This document shows, piece after piece, positions 19,576 through 28,761 of a stretch of DNA of 64,000 bases. Location: the NCBI GenBank assembly GCA_041912555.1, contig JAYRMU010000063.1, positions 103,236 to 167,235 of the forward strand. The letters run 5' to 3'. The number at the start of each line of letters is the position of its first letter. Positions within the stretch are counted from its first letter, which is position 1. The position numbers and the translations under genes were made by a program. The stretch is from Thermoanaerobaculia bacterium. Its GTDB lineage: Bacteria > Acidobacteriota > Thermoanaerobaculia > UBA5066 > Gp7-AA6. Below the pieces are notes generated by a model. The model was given only the letters and a program-made list of their open reading frames with translations. It made no database searches and was not told where the DNA came from.

Positions 19576-20370
19576 ATGGCCCGGATTGACGCGTTCGGTC
19601 TGACCGACGTCGGGAAGAAGCGCAAGCACAACGAGGACGCCTACGCCCTCGACGAAGCCGAGGGGTTCTTCGTCGTGGCCGACGGGATGGGCGGCCACGC
19701 CGCCGGCGAGGTCGCGGCGAAGATCACCGTCGAGACGATCGGCGAGTTCATCGCGGCCACCCGGCAGAAGGAAGAGGCCACCTGGCCCTTCAAGTACAAC
19801 CACGAGCTGCACTTCAACAGCAACCGCCTGGCGGTCGCGATCGAGAAGGCGAACGAGCGGGTCATGGCCGCCGTCGCGGCCCAGCCCTGGCTGAAGGGGA
19901 TGGGAACCACGGTCGTGGCCGGGCTGCTGAACGAGAAGATCCTCTCGCTCGCCCACGTCGGAGACAGCCGCGCGTATCTCTATCGCAACGGGGAGCTGTC
20001 GCGGCTGACGGACGACCACTCCTGGGTCCACGAGCAGGTCACCGCGGGGATCCTGACCGAGGAAGAGGCCAAGACCCATCCGCTCAAGAACGTCGTGACG
20101 CGGGCGCTCGGAGGCGGGCCGTCGGTCTCGCCGGACCTGCGCGAGATGGAGTTCCGCACGGGCGACGTGTTTCTGTTCTGCTCCGACGGGCTGACGACGA
20201 TGCTGTCCGACGAGGAGATCCGCGACCTGGTCGCGGAGAACGAGGACAAGACGGCGGAAGCCCGCTGCCAGAGCCTCGTGGACCTCGCCAACGAGAAGGG
20301 CGGCGTGGACAACATCACGGTCGTCCTGGTGAAGATCGAGGAACGGGCCCCCGCGGCGAGCGCCGGGTAG
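19576..20370 (+). CDS. PP2C-family Ser/Thr protein phosphatase
   Basis: FGLTDVGKKRKHNEDAY...FVVADGMGGHAAGEVAA...GTTVVAGLL...HVGDSRAYL...FLFCSDGL...GGVDNITVVLV. Confidence 0.85.
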   Translation: MARIDAFGLTDVGKKRKHNEDAYALDEAEGFFVVADGMGGHAAGEVAAKITVETIGEFIAATRQKEEATWPFKYNHELHFNSNRLAVAIEKANERVMAAVAAQPWLKGMGTTVVAGLLNEKILSLAHVGDSRAYLYRNGELSRLTDDHSWVHEQVTAGILTEEEAKTHPLKNVVTRALGGGPSVSPDLREMEFRTGDVFLFCSDGLTTMLSDEEIRDLVAENEDKTAEARCQSLVDLANEKGGVDNITVVLVKIEERAPAASAG

Positions 20371-20459
20371 GCCGGGCCGCCGGAGGGCGGCGCAAACGGA
20401 CGGTGTCTCGATTCCGTACACACATTGACGCTTTGACGCCCGAGGGCTACCCTCAGGAC

Positions 20460-21911
20460 ATGACCATGCGGCGGCCATCGATTCTCCGGATTGCCCGGGC
20501 CTGCCTCGGGGCCCTGCCGCTGTTCCTGGCCGTCACGGTCCTGGCCGCCGAGAAAGGCGAGACGCCGCAGGGCTTCCGGGAGTGGATCCAGAGCCCCGGC
20601 CGCCATTTCCGGGATGGCCAACCCGTCGGGGGCCGGCGAGCCCTGGTCTTCGACGAGGCCGACGACCCCGCCCTGAGAGAGCAGCTCGGGGCGGAGCTCG
20701 CCCGCCTCGACGACGAGCTCTACCGGCGCCAGGGCTGGCGGCCTCCCTTCGCCGAGGGGGAGCCGCTGCGCATCTACGTTTCGCGCTCGCCGTCGGGCGC
20801 CGCTATCCCGGCGGCGACCGCCGCGAGCGGCAGCGGGCGTGGCGCCGAACCCGTTCTCCTCCTCGAGGCGGCGGGACGGTCGAGCGCGGAAATCGTGCGC
20901 GAGGCCGCGCGGCGGGTCGCTCGCGCCACGCTCGACGGCTACGGGGTCGAAGACCCCTTCCTGTCGCCGGCGCTCGCCGAATACCTGGCCGCGCCCGCGG
21001 GGGACATCCGGGACGACGAGACCTGGACGCTGGCCGCGGCCGGCCAGCTCGACTTCCGGGGCCGGCCGGCGGCGCTCGGGCGCTTCTGGGTCGCCGAGGC
21101 GGCCCGTGCGGCGGGGCCGACGTCCCTGAGGGAGGCCTGGCAGCGGGCGGCGGAGGGCGGCGAGGCGCCCATGGACGCCCTCCTGAGGGCGATCGAGGAG
21201 ACGACGGGGCGCCCCGAGGAATCGATCACGCTCGCGGCGGCCGCGCGGATCTATGCCGCGCTCGAGCCGGAAGCGTCGCCGTCGCGGTTGCGTCTGCTCG
21301 ACGTCGAATCCGGAGCGATCGACGCGTCGGCTCCCGTCTCCCTCGCCGCGAGGCATCGGTCGTTCCTGCCGGAGACCGAGGAGACCCTGCGCGTTTCGTG
21401 GCCCCAGGACGGGGCCGCCGGGGCCGCCGTCGTGCGATACCGGGACGCGGCCCTTCCGCCCGACGTCGTGTTCTTCGCGGCCGGCGACCGGCGCGCCCTC
21501 CCGCTGGCCGGCGTCGCCCGGGTCGACTGGCTGATCGCGGGAAGCGCCACGGGCGGCCGCGGCGTCGCGGCGCCGGTCTACGCCGACCTCTCGGCCACCG
21601 TGCCGTACAGCGGCCTCGAGGCCCGCGCTGCTGCCGACGCCGACGGACCCCGCCTGACGTGGACGACCGAAAGCCACGAGGGCCTCTGGGGCTGGGCGGT
21701 GTTTCGCGAGGAAGTGCTCGCAGACGGCCGCATCGCGCGGACGGGCCCGGAGATCGTGCCGTCCGCGCTATCGAGCGCGCAGTCCTTCCGCTACGAGTAC
21801 CTGGACTCCGGGTCCGCGCGGGGGACGTACTACCGGTACACGATCTGGGCGGTCACGGGCGAGGGGCTGCTCGCCCGCGCCTTCTCGGCGACGATCAAGA
21901 CCGCCGACTGA
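20460..21911 (+). CDS. secreted hypothetical protein
   Basis: Signal peptide MTMRRPSILRIARACLGALPLFLAVTVLAAEKG. No recognisable catalytic motif. Ala/Arg-rich. Confidence 0.5.
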   Translation: MTMRRPSILRIARACLGALPLFLAVTVLAAEKGETPQGFREWIQSPGRHFRDGQPVGGRRALVFDEADDPALREQLGAELARLDDELYRRQGWRPPFAEGEPLRIYVSRSPSGAAIPAATAASGSGRGAEPVLLLEAAGRSSAEIVREAARRVARATLDGYGVEDPFLSPALAEYLAAPAGDIRDDETWTLAAAGQLDFRGRPAALGRFWVAEAARAAGPTSLREAWQRAAEGGEAPMDALLRAIEETTGRPEESITLAAAARIYAALEPEASPSRLRLLDVESGAIDASAPVSLAARHRSFLPETEETLRVSWPQDGAAGAAVVRYRDAALPPDVVFFAAGDRRALPLAGVARVDWLIAGSATGGRGVAAPVYADLSATVPYSGLEARAAADADGPRLTWTTESHEGLWGWAVFREEVLADGRIARTGPEIVPSALSSAQSFRYEYLDSGSARGTYYRYTIWAVTGEGLLARAFSATIKTAD

Positions 21912-21963
21912 GGCGCGTCGGTCGCCGGGGATCGCGGGGCCGGCCCCGGCGCTCCCCCCGAAG

Positions 21964-22413
21964 TCAGGCCTTCCGTCTGCGCTTGCGCGCCCGATCCCGG
22001 GCGAGCTGCTCGAAGACGATCTCGCGGTGGTCGAACGCGAAGGCCACGCGGCCGAGCTCCCGCGGGGTGAACCAACGGGCCTCCGCGGCGTCGTCGCCGC
22101 CCTTCGCCCGGCCGGACAGCGGCCTCGCCGCATAGAGCACGGTGACGTTGTGGCCGCGGGGATCGCGGTCGGGCTTCGAATACACGCCCCGCAGCTCGCC
22201 CACGCGGACGCGCAGGCCGGTCTCCTCGAGCGTCTCCCGGGCGCAGCACTCCTCGGTGGATTCCTTCCACTCGCAGAAGCCGCCTGGAAGGCCCCAGTGG
22301 CCCTCGTAGGGCGGCCGCCCGCGCCGGATGAGCAGCACCCGTCCCGCGCGGTCGCGGATCCAGGAGTCGACCGTCAGCTTTGGAAGGCGCGCGTTCTCGT
22401 AGGGGTTCTTCAT
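21964..22413 (-). CDS. NUDIX hydrolase
   Basis: 149 aa. Nudix box GLPGGFCEWKESTEECCARETLEETGL. The start overlaps the helicase stop (ATGA). Confidence 0.8.
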   Translation of the reverse strand: MKNPYENARLPKLTVDSWIRDRAGRVLLIRRGRPPYEGHWGLPGGFCEWKESTEECCARETLEETGLRVRVGELRGVYSKPDRDPRGHNVTVLYAARPLSGRAKGGDDAAEARWFTPRELGRVAFAFDHREIVFEQLARDRARKRRRKA

Positions 22414-24803
22414 TCGTAGCTCCCGAAAAATTCGCGGATCTCGTCGGCCGGATGGCGCGTGGCGAGCTCGCGCGGGCTCTCGTCGTACCAGTCGCGGGGC
22501 AGCCGGCTCGCGTACGGCTCCTCGAGGAAGCGGGCGCAGACGAGCGCGATCACGCCCCGGTCGGTCTCGTTGCGGATGAGGCGGCCGGCGGCCTGGACGA
22601 CGCGCGTCATCCCGGGCTGGAGGTAGGCGTAGTCGAACCCCGATTCCTCGCGGTCGTCGAAATAGCGCCGCAGGAGCTCGCGCTCGAACGACACCTGGGG
22701 CAGGGCGGGCGACACGACGAAGACGGCCGAGAGCAGTTCGCCCGGGTAGTCGACGCCTTCCGCGTACATCCCGCCCGAAACGGCGAAGAGGAGCGTCCCG
22801 CCCGTGGGCGGCGCGGACAGCGCCTCGAGCAGGCGCTGTCGCTCGAAGGACGTCAGGTCGGGGCGCTGCACGAGCAGCTGCGAGCGCGTCGGGGGCATGA
22901 GCTCGGCCACGGCCGCCAGGAACCGGTACGACGGAAAGAGCACGAGGTCGTTGCCGCGGTGCGCGTCGGACATGTCCGCGAGGAGGCGGGCGATGCGGTC
23001 GTAGTTCTTCTCGCGCGCCTTGAAGGTCGTGCGCACCGAGGGCACGATCATGACCTTCCGGTTCTCGGGCGGGAACGGGGGAGGCAGGGAGAGCGACGAC
23101 GTCCGGTCCTTCTCGAGCCCGAGCACCCGCTCGATGGCCTCCGGAGGCGTGAGCGTGGCCGAGAGGAGGACCGTCGAGTGGGCCGTTCGAAAGACGGGCG
23201 CGAGCGCCCGGGCCGGGTCGAGGCAGACGAGGCCGAGGCGGATGCCGGCCGAGCGGCGCTCGACGACGCACGTGAAGTCGGGCCCGAACATCGAGAGCAC
23301 CGCCGAGAAGCGCTGGAGCGCGAAATGAAAGTCGAGGACGGGGTCGTCGACGAGGGCGAGGCGCGTCTCGCGCTTCCAGGCGAGGTAGCGCATGAGCTTG
23401 GCCTCCCAGTCGAGGCGCAGGTCCAGGATCGGTTCGGTCGGGGGCTCGATCTCGGCGATCGCCTCGCCCTCGGGCAGGTCCTCCGCGGCGCCCTGGACGA
23501 TCGCGATCAGCTCCTCGACCGAGAGGACCATGTCCGCGAACAGGTCGCCCGTCTGCAGGAGCAGGCGGTTGCGCAGGGCCGACAACTCCTCCTCGAGGAT
23601 CTCGGGCGAGAAGATCTGGCGCGCCCGGTCGGGCAGGTTGTGCGCCTCGTCGACCAGGAGGATGGCCTCGCTCAGCTCTTCGCCGGTCAGGTGACGCAGC
23701 GCGGCGGCCGGCTCGAAGACGTAGTTGTAGTCCGCCACGATCGCGTCGGCGCGCGAGGCCAGCTCCAGCTGCACTTCGAACGGGCAGACCTCCTCCCGAC
23801 GCGCCTCCTCGAAGACCGTCTCGGGGTCGAGGTGCGAGTAGCCCTCGCGCAGCCGTCCGAGGAGGTTCGACCGGTCCATCTTCTCGGGATAGTCCCTGGC
23901 GAACCGGCAGAACTCCTCGTGGCAGAGGATCCGGTCGTTGGCGCACATGCGTTCCTTCGCGCGGACCTGGACCGTCTGGAAGGCGCGCTCGTTCATGGCG
24001 ACGAGCGAGGACACCGCCATCTTCTGCTGGAGGGTCTTCGACGTCAGGAAGACGACCTGGCGGCCCGAGGCGAGCCCTTCGGCCAGGGCGGGGTAGAGCG
24101 CCGCGGCGGTCTTCCCGGACCCCGTGGGCGCCTCGGCGATGAGGTTCTCGCCGGATCGGACCGCGTTGCGGATGGCCTCGATCAGCTTCTCCTGGATCGG
24201 CCTCGGCGCCGCGTGGGGGAAGGGGAGGCGCTCGGCCGCCTTCGCCTTGCGCTGTCGGGAGACCATTCCGGCGCGCCAGATGGCGAGCGCCCGGGCCAGC
24301 CGCCGTTCGACCTCCCGCTCGGTGTCCTCGTCGAAGGGCACCTCGAGGGAGAGCTCCTCGCCCGTCTCGATGTCCACGTACACGAGCGCCCCGCCGACGT
24401 TGCCGTGGCCCAGGCGGCGCCAGAGGTAGCAGTAGCCGCAGAGCTGGCGGCGGTCGCGCTCGAAGGCGTAGCCCGAGGGCCGCACGCCGTCCACCGAGAG
24501 GTTCGTGGACTTGAGCTCCTCGATGAGCCACTGGCCGGGCGTTCGCTCGACGCAGCCGTCGAGGCGGCCGGTCAGGACGGCCGTCCAGTCGTCCACGGGA
24601 ATGCGGGCCTCGAGGTGGACCTCGGCCCGGTAGGCGGGATGCGCGTTGCGTCTCTCCGCGAGGACACGGGTGTGGATCTGGGCGCCCAGGCCGAGCCGCC
24701 GCCAGCCGTCGCCCCGATCGAAGCCGACGCGGCGGAAGCCCTCGTCTTCCGCCAGTTCGCGCACGGAGAGTTCGAAGACGCGCGATGCTTCGTCAAATCT
24801 CAA
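22410..24803 (-). CDS. dinG: ATP-dependent helicase of the DinG/XPD (Rad3) family with an N-terminal PD-(D/E)xK-like nuclease-type domain
   Basis: Walker A AEAPTGSGKTAA. DEAH box LLVDEAHNL. C-terminal motifs LVLFPSYRFL and VVQAAGRLIRNETDRGV. The N-terminal roughly 190 aa carries DGCVE...LIEELKS (D / E-x-K) and a CGYC pair. Confidence 0.75.
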   Translation of the reverse strand: MRFDEASRVFELSVRELAEDEGFRRVGFDRGDGWRRLGLGAQIHTRVLAERRNAHPAYRAEVHLEARIPVDDWTAVLTGRLDGCVERTPGQWLIEELKSTNLSVDGVRPSGYAFERDRRQLCGYCYLWRRLGHGNVGGALVYVDIETGEELSLEVPFDEDTEREVERRLARALAIWRAGMVSRQRKAKAAERLPFPHAAPRPIQEKLIEAIRNAVRSGENLIAEAPTGSGKTAAALYPALAEGLASGRQVVFLTSKTLQQKMAVSSLVAMNERAFQTVQVRAKERMCANDRILCHEEFCRFARDYPEKMDRSNLLGRLREGYSHLDPETVFEEARREEVCPFEVQLELASRADAIVADYNYVFEPAAALRHLTGEELSEAILLVDEAHNLPDRARQIFSPEILEEELSALRNRLLLQTGDLFADMVLSVEELIAIVQGAAEDLPEGEAIAEIEPPTEPILDLRLDWEAKLMRYLAWKRETRLALVDDPVLDFHFALQRFSAVLSMFGPDFTCVVERRSAGIRLGLVCLDPARALAPVFRTAHSTVLLSATLTPPEAIERVLGLEKDRTSSLSLPPPFPPENRKVMIVPSVRTTFKAREKNYDRIARLLADMSDAHRGNDLVLFPSYRFLAAVAELMPPTRSQLLVQRPDLTSFERQRLLEALSAPPTGGTLLFAVSGGMYAEGVDYPGELLSAVFVVSPALPQVSFERELLRRYFDDREESGFDYAYLQPGMTRVVQAAGRLIRNETDRGVIALVCARFLEEPYASRLPRDWYDESPRELATRHPADEIREFFGSYE

Positions 24804-26308
24804 GAAGGCTCGATTATAATTTGGAGGTGGAAAGAGCGGGGCGCGGTCTGCGGAGTCTCGTGTGTCTGGCCGCCGCGCTCGTCTTCCTCGCGCTTCCGAT
24901 CGAGGCCAAGGCGCGCCGGACGTCGGCGCCCCAGACGCTCGAGCAGGCGCTCGACCAGATCGGCCGGCGCGCCCCGACGCGTTCTCCCGGCGTCTCCGTG
25001 GCGATCGCCGAGCTCGAGTCCGGCGCGACGGTCTACACGCGCAACCCCGACCAGCCGGAGACGATCGCGTCCGTCACGAAGATGCTGTCTTCGGCCGCGG
25101 CGATCCACTTCCTCGGGCCGAACTACAAGTTCCGCACGACGTTCTGGCGGCGCGGGGACATCCGCGACGGCAACCTCATCGGCTCCTTGCTCGTCGTCGG
25201 GGGCGGCGACCCGAACATCTCGGGCCGGTTCTACGACAACGACTCGTTTGCCGTCTTCGACCGATGGGCAGACGGGCTCCGCAAGGCCGGAGTGACCCGG
25301 GTCAGCGGCGACCTGATCCTCAACGCCAGCGCGTTCGACCGGCTCTATCGAAACCCGGAATGGCCGCCGGACCGCGACACGCGCTGGTACCAGGCTCCCG
25401 TGTCCGCCCTCTCGTACAACGACAACGTGGTCATCGTTTCGGTGGGCCGGGGCGCGCTTCCCGGGGCGCCGGCGATCGTCTCGATCGACCCGGACACCGA
25501 TGTCGTGCAGACCGTGCCGCGCGCGCGGACCGTCGGGAAGACGGGACGGATCACCGTCGCGATCGCGCGGCCGGGCGGGTCCGACAGGGTGTACGTGGAC
25601 GGGACGGTGCCGGCGCGGTACTTCCGTTATTCGGTGCCGCTGGCGATCGACGACCCTCCGAAGTTCTTCGGCGCGGCCCTGAAGAGCCGCTTGCGCGCCG
25701 CGGGGATCGAGCTGACCGGCAGCGTCGTCGAGCGCGACGTCAGGCCCGACAACGCCTGGGCGCTCGTCGCCACGACCGAATCGGACCTCATGCCGACGAT
25801 GTCGGTGTCGAACAAGCACAGCCAGAGCTTCTACGCCGAGCAGATCTTCAAGACGCTCGCGTACGAGAAGGCGGGGCGCGGGACGTGGGAGGCCGCTCTG
25901 GGGCTCGAGCGGCAGTTCCTGGCGTCGATCGGCCTCGACCCGGCGCGATACAACCTCCACGACGGGTCGGGCCTCTCGGCCGAAAACCGGGTCGCGGCCG
26001 CGGACCTCGTGAAGTTCCTGAGGGCGATGAACAGCCATCCGAGCGGAGCGGCCTGGCGCGCGACACTGGCGGTTTCGGGCGACTCCGAGGGATCTCTCCG
26101 CAGCCGGCTCCTCGACTCAATGACCCGGGGGAGGGTAGAGGCCAAGACGGGGACCCTGAACGGGGTCTCGACCCTGTCGGGCTACGCACATGCCTCTTCT
26201 GGAAAGACTTACGCCTTCGCCATCCTCCTGAACGGCCCCGGCGTCAGCGACTCGCGCGCCCACAGCTACCAGGACCGCCTCGTCCGGACCCTGATCCAGA
26301 AGGGGTAG
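24785..26308 (+). CDS. dacB: D-alanyl-D-alanine carboxypeptidase/endopeptidase (PBP4, peptidase S13)
   Basis: IASVTKMLSSAAAIHFLG (SxxK). SGDLILNASAFD...SALSYNDN (SxN). KTGTLNGVSTLSGY (KTG). The exact start is uncertain (24785 or a downstream GTG). Confidence 0.8.
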   Translation: MLRQISRRLDYNLEVERAGRGLRSLVCLAAALVFLALPIEAKARRTSAPQTLEQALDQIGRRAPTRSPGVSVAIAELESGATVYTRNPDQPETIASVTKMLSSAAAIHFLGPNYKFRTTFWRRGDIRDGNLIGSLLVVGGGDPNISGRFYDNDSFAVFDRWADGLRKAGVTRVSGDLILNASAFDRLYRNPEWPPDRDTRWYQAPVSALSYNDNVVIVSVGRGALPGAPAIVSIDPDTDVVQTVPRARTVGKTGRITVAIARPGGSDRVYVDGTVPARYFRYSVPLAIDDPPKFFGAALKSRLRAAGIELTGSVVERDVRPDNAWALVATTESDLMPTMSVSNKHSQSFYAEQIFKTLAYEKAGRGTWEAALGLERQFLASIGLDPARYNLHDGSGLSAENRVAAADLVKFLRAMNSHPSGAAWRATLAVSGDSEGSLRSRLLDSMTRGRVEAKTGTLNGVSTLSGYAHASSGKTYAFAILLNGPGVSDSRAHSYQDRLVRTLIQKG

Positions 26309-26363
26309 CCGGGGGCTCCGGGCCCTCTCCGGGGGGCGCCGCCGGGCGGGGTGCCAAAGAAAC

Positions 26364-26392
26364 TTGACACCCTCCGCCTGAGCTTGTGATCA
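26364..26392 (+). promoter_or_regulatory. candidate promoter at the left edge of the low-GC island
   Basis: Perfect TTGACA (26364-26369), 17 nt, then TGATCA / extended TGTGATCAAAT. It lies about 55 nt after the dacB stop. Confidence 0.3.
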
Positions 26393-26725
26393 AATATCGC
26401 TGATTCGTAATTTGGGCCGCGCTGTCGGCCCGCTAACCAGGTGGGAATCCATGAAGCCACGGTCGGTGTACGGGGCGAAGCCTGCCCATTTGGGCCGGTT
26501 TTCCGCTGTTTCCGTGGCCTTTGGACGAGGTTTCTCGACCCGGGCATTCGGCCAGGGTCTTTTGGCGAAAAGAGGTGTCTATGACCTGCTTCGGCGGCTC
26601 AATTCCCTGCTGATATAGCGCAAATCCTCTAGCTAAAGGCTTTAACCTGTGGCACATATTTGTGTCCTCGGGTTTTGTGTTTTTGCCGTACTTCAGTTAC
26701 TCTGCGGCCAACATCACGTTAGGAG

Positions 26726-27130
26726 ATGGCAGTGGAGATCTCGGACGATTTCGAAGTCAGTTCCTCAGCGGAAGAAATCTTCGAGCGAGAAGTTGAGCAA
26801 GTGTTTCAGGAAACACTTGGTTTGATTCACATCGCCCTTGTTTCCCACTACCAACTTTCCGAACAGGAAGCCACTGAGCTGGAGAAGGACCTCTTCGTCT
26901 GGTTTCGTCGCTTCTGTTATCGCCCTGGGCCGTCAATCAAGGAGAACCGACCCTACCTGCTTGTTGCCTGCTGCCAGTTCGCGCGCGAGTACCAAAAGTA
27001 CGTCGTAGGGACAGGGGTGCGCAGTTCCGATGAGAAGCTTCATAGCCTCTTGCAGCGCGAGCCGGCTGATGTAGCGCACGATTTCGCTCGCAGCCTCCAA
27101 CTGTTCGACTTTCGGCGGTCCGATGCCTGA
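26726..27130 (+). CDS. small protein with a sigma-70 region-2-like fold only (paralog of 28341..28718); no region 4
   Basis: EQEATELEKDLFVWFRRF...RPYLLVACCQFAREYQKYV aligns with KEDARDIVQDAFLLAIAKI...RAWLIQVVDHLALNHQRKV of the second copy and with the ECF sigma region 2.2-2.4 pattern. AGGAG lies at 26721-26725. The real start may be the in-frame GTG at 26732. Confidence 0.55.
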   Translation: MAVEISDDFEVSSSAEEIFEREVEQVFQETLGLIHIALVSHYQLSEQEATELEKDLFVWFRRFCYRPGPSIKENRPYLLVACCQFAREYQKYVVGTGVRSSDEKLHSLLQREPADVAHDFARSLQLFDFRRSDA

Positions 27131-28241
27131 CACAGCGAAGATCCTCCTGTTCAAGGGTCGGCGTTCGTCGCTCGTTCCAGTCTCGCATGAAGGGGCCAAG
27201 GCTCGCGCCAGATCCTTCCTTTCGACATCCGCCGAAGGTCGAACGCAAATCGCAATCGACGACACTTACGGCGATGCTGACGTCTTGATGTCGATCTGCT
27301 CGGAACTCTGGGACGTCATCAACGCCAAGCCAACGGTCGTCTCCGAGGAGGCTCCGAAGATCTACAGATGGCTCTCTCAGAAGACCGCTGACGATTTCTT
27401 CTTTGACGAGCGCGACTTTTTTCTCGGCGAGAGCGCATTGCTAGCGGGTGGAAGCGACCGACTCCTCGGAAATCGAATCGAGGCAGAGTCTTGGTTCGAT
27501 AGGTCAGACGCTAACTTCAGACATACGGTCGCTCCAGCTGCACACCTCGCGCGCGTTTCGTATAACCGACTCGCGCTGCGATATGACATGAACCGCCACG
27601 ACGACGTGATCGAGCTTTTGCCGTCGACAGCGCTGACCTTTGAACGGCTGGGTATGAAGGTGGAGCTGGCAAAGTGCCGGTTCCTGGAGGCTATGAGCCT
27701 GAAGATCAAGGGGCGGGTTGACGAGGCGACGGTTCTCCTAGAGGCGCTAGTCTCGGGTGAGGACGCAGATCTCCCCATTCGCGCCACCGCGCTGTTGAAC
27801 TTGGGGAGCATCTACTCCTCCAATGGCCAGCCCGATCGCGCGATCCGGGCCTTTACGCAGGCAAGACCGATCTTGGAATCGTCGCGCCGCCTTGCAGCTC
27901 TTGCAGATATGAAAGTGATGCTTGGCGAAACTCTTCGCGCGATGGGTAAGCCATCTGAAGCCCTCGCCGCCTATCGCGAGGCTGTGAACGACTACGTAGA
28001 ACTTGAGATGTCGACTCGCGTCGCATATGTGAGGATCTTTCTCGCAGAGGCGCTGCTCGAAGCTGCCAGACCCCGCGAAGCCGAATGGGAAATCCTGGCC
28101 GCCCTACCGACGATTCAAGAGCAGAAGATGGTTCCGGAAGGTCTTGCAGCGATCGCTGTGCTAAACGAGTCAGTTAGGCAGCGTAAGACGGATGCCAACG
28201 CCCTCCTAAAGCTCCGAGAGTGCTTGCAGGCAAAGAGCTGA
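27123..28241 (+). CDS. all-helical TPR-like protein, partner of the upstream sigma-r2-like gene (paralog of 28762..30183)
   Basis: Overlaps the upstream gene by 8 nt. TPR-like repeats are present (LLNLGSIYSSNGQPDRAIRAFTQA..., ALAAYREAVNDYVELE...). The C-terminus YVRIFLAEALLEAARPREAEWEILAALPTIQEQKMVPEGLAAIAVL is homologous to YLRVLLAETLIASQKEQDAVAELVAAIPVIERECLASEGLAAVALL of the second copy. Confidence 0.55.
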   Translation: MPDTAKILLFKGRRSSLVPVSHEGAKARARSFLSTSAEGRTQIAIDDTYGDADVLMSICSELWDVINAKPTVVSEEAPKIYRWLSQKTADDFFFDERDFFLGESALLAGGSDRLLGNRIEAESWFDRSDANFRHTVAPAAHLARVSYNRLALRYDMNRHDDVIELLPSTALTFERLGMKVELAKCRFLEAMSLKIKGRVDEATVLLEALVSGEDADLPIRATALLNLGSIYSSNGQPDRAIRAFTQARPILESSRRLAALADMKVMLGETLRAMGKPSEALAAYREAVNDYVELEMSTRVAYVRIFLAEALLEAARPREAEWEILAALPTIQEQKMVPEGLAAIAVLNESVRQRKTDANALLKLRECLQAKS

Positions 28242-28340
28242 CCTGACAGGGGTTCAGGTATTCGGCTGTGCCGGTTTGCCGCCCGGTAGCAACGTCGCGA
28301 CAATATGTAGTTAGAGTTCCCTAGTCTTCGCCCGCCGGAG

Positions 28341-28718
28341 GTGCGCGTGGAGTTACGGGCCAAGCCGGATCGGCCCCGGTTAGCAGCGGCAAGACCCGCC
28401 CGGACTGCGATGTCGGAAGAAGATCTGCAGAGTTTCTACCTCGAGACCTTCCTGCCACTCGTCCGGAGGGCCACCTGGAGGCACGGTCTTTCGAAAGAGG
28501 ACGCTCGGGATATCGTCCAGGACGCCTTCCTGTTGGCTATCGCGAAAATCGACTCCGCGCGAAACCCCAGAGCGTGGCTTATTCAAGTCGTCGACCATCT
28601 TGCACTCAACCATCAACGAAAGGTTCTTCGAAGGGCTCGATTGATGGACCGGTGGACGAGTCTGGAGCGGCGGCAGCTCGCGGAGAGAGAGTCGGACCGA
28701 GAGGGGGTGGACTATTAG
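28341..28718 (+). CDS. ECF-type sigma-70 region 2 domain protein lacking region 4 (truncated/stand-alone sigma2)
   Basis: FYLETFLPLVRRATWRHGLSKEDARDIVQDAFLLAIAKIDSARNPRAWLIQVVDHLALNHQRKVLRRARL matches the ECF sigma region 2.1-2.4 pattern (DxVQ[ED]xF...W[LI]...I..N...D..R). The protein ends about 25 aa later, with no HTH region 4. Alternative starts are GTG 28347 (GGAGG 6 nt upstream) or ATG 28410. Confidence 0.6.
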   Translation: MRVELRAKPDRPRLAAARPARTAMSEEDLQSFYLETFLPLVRRATWRHGLSKEDARDIVQDAFLLAIAKIDSARNPRAWLIQVVDHLALNHQRKVLRRARLMDRWTSLERRQLAERESDREGVDY

Positions 28719-28761
28719 CTCGAAACTGAGCAATGTTGCCATCGCCGGCTGGCTCGACGAG

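Noticed and set aside
20420-20460. Tandem TTGACG TTGACG boxes upstream of the secreted hypothetical gene as a promoter
   Set aside because: No acceptable -10 hexamer lies at a 16-19 nt spacing.
26412-26618. 68-aa ORF in the dacB-island intergenic region
   Set aside because: It has no RBS and no recognisable motif, and its composition is intermediate. It could be real (it lies downstream of the TTGACA promoter candidate) but is unsupported.
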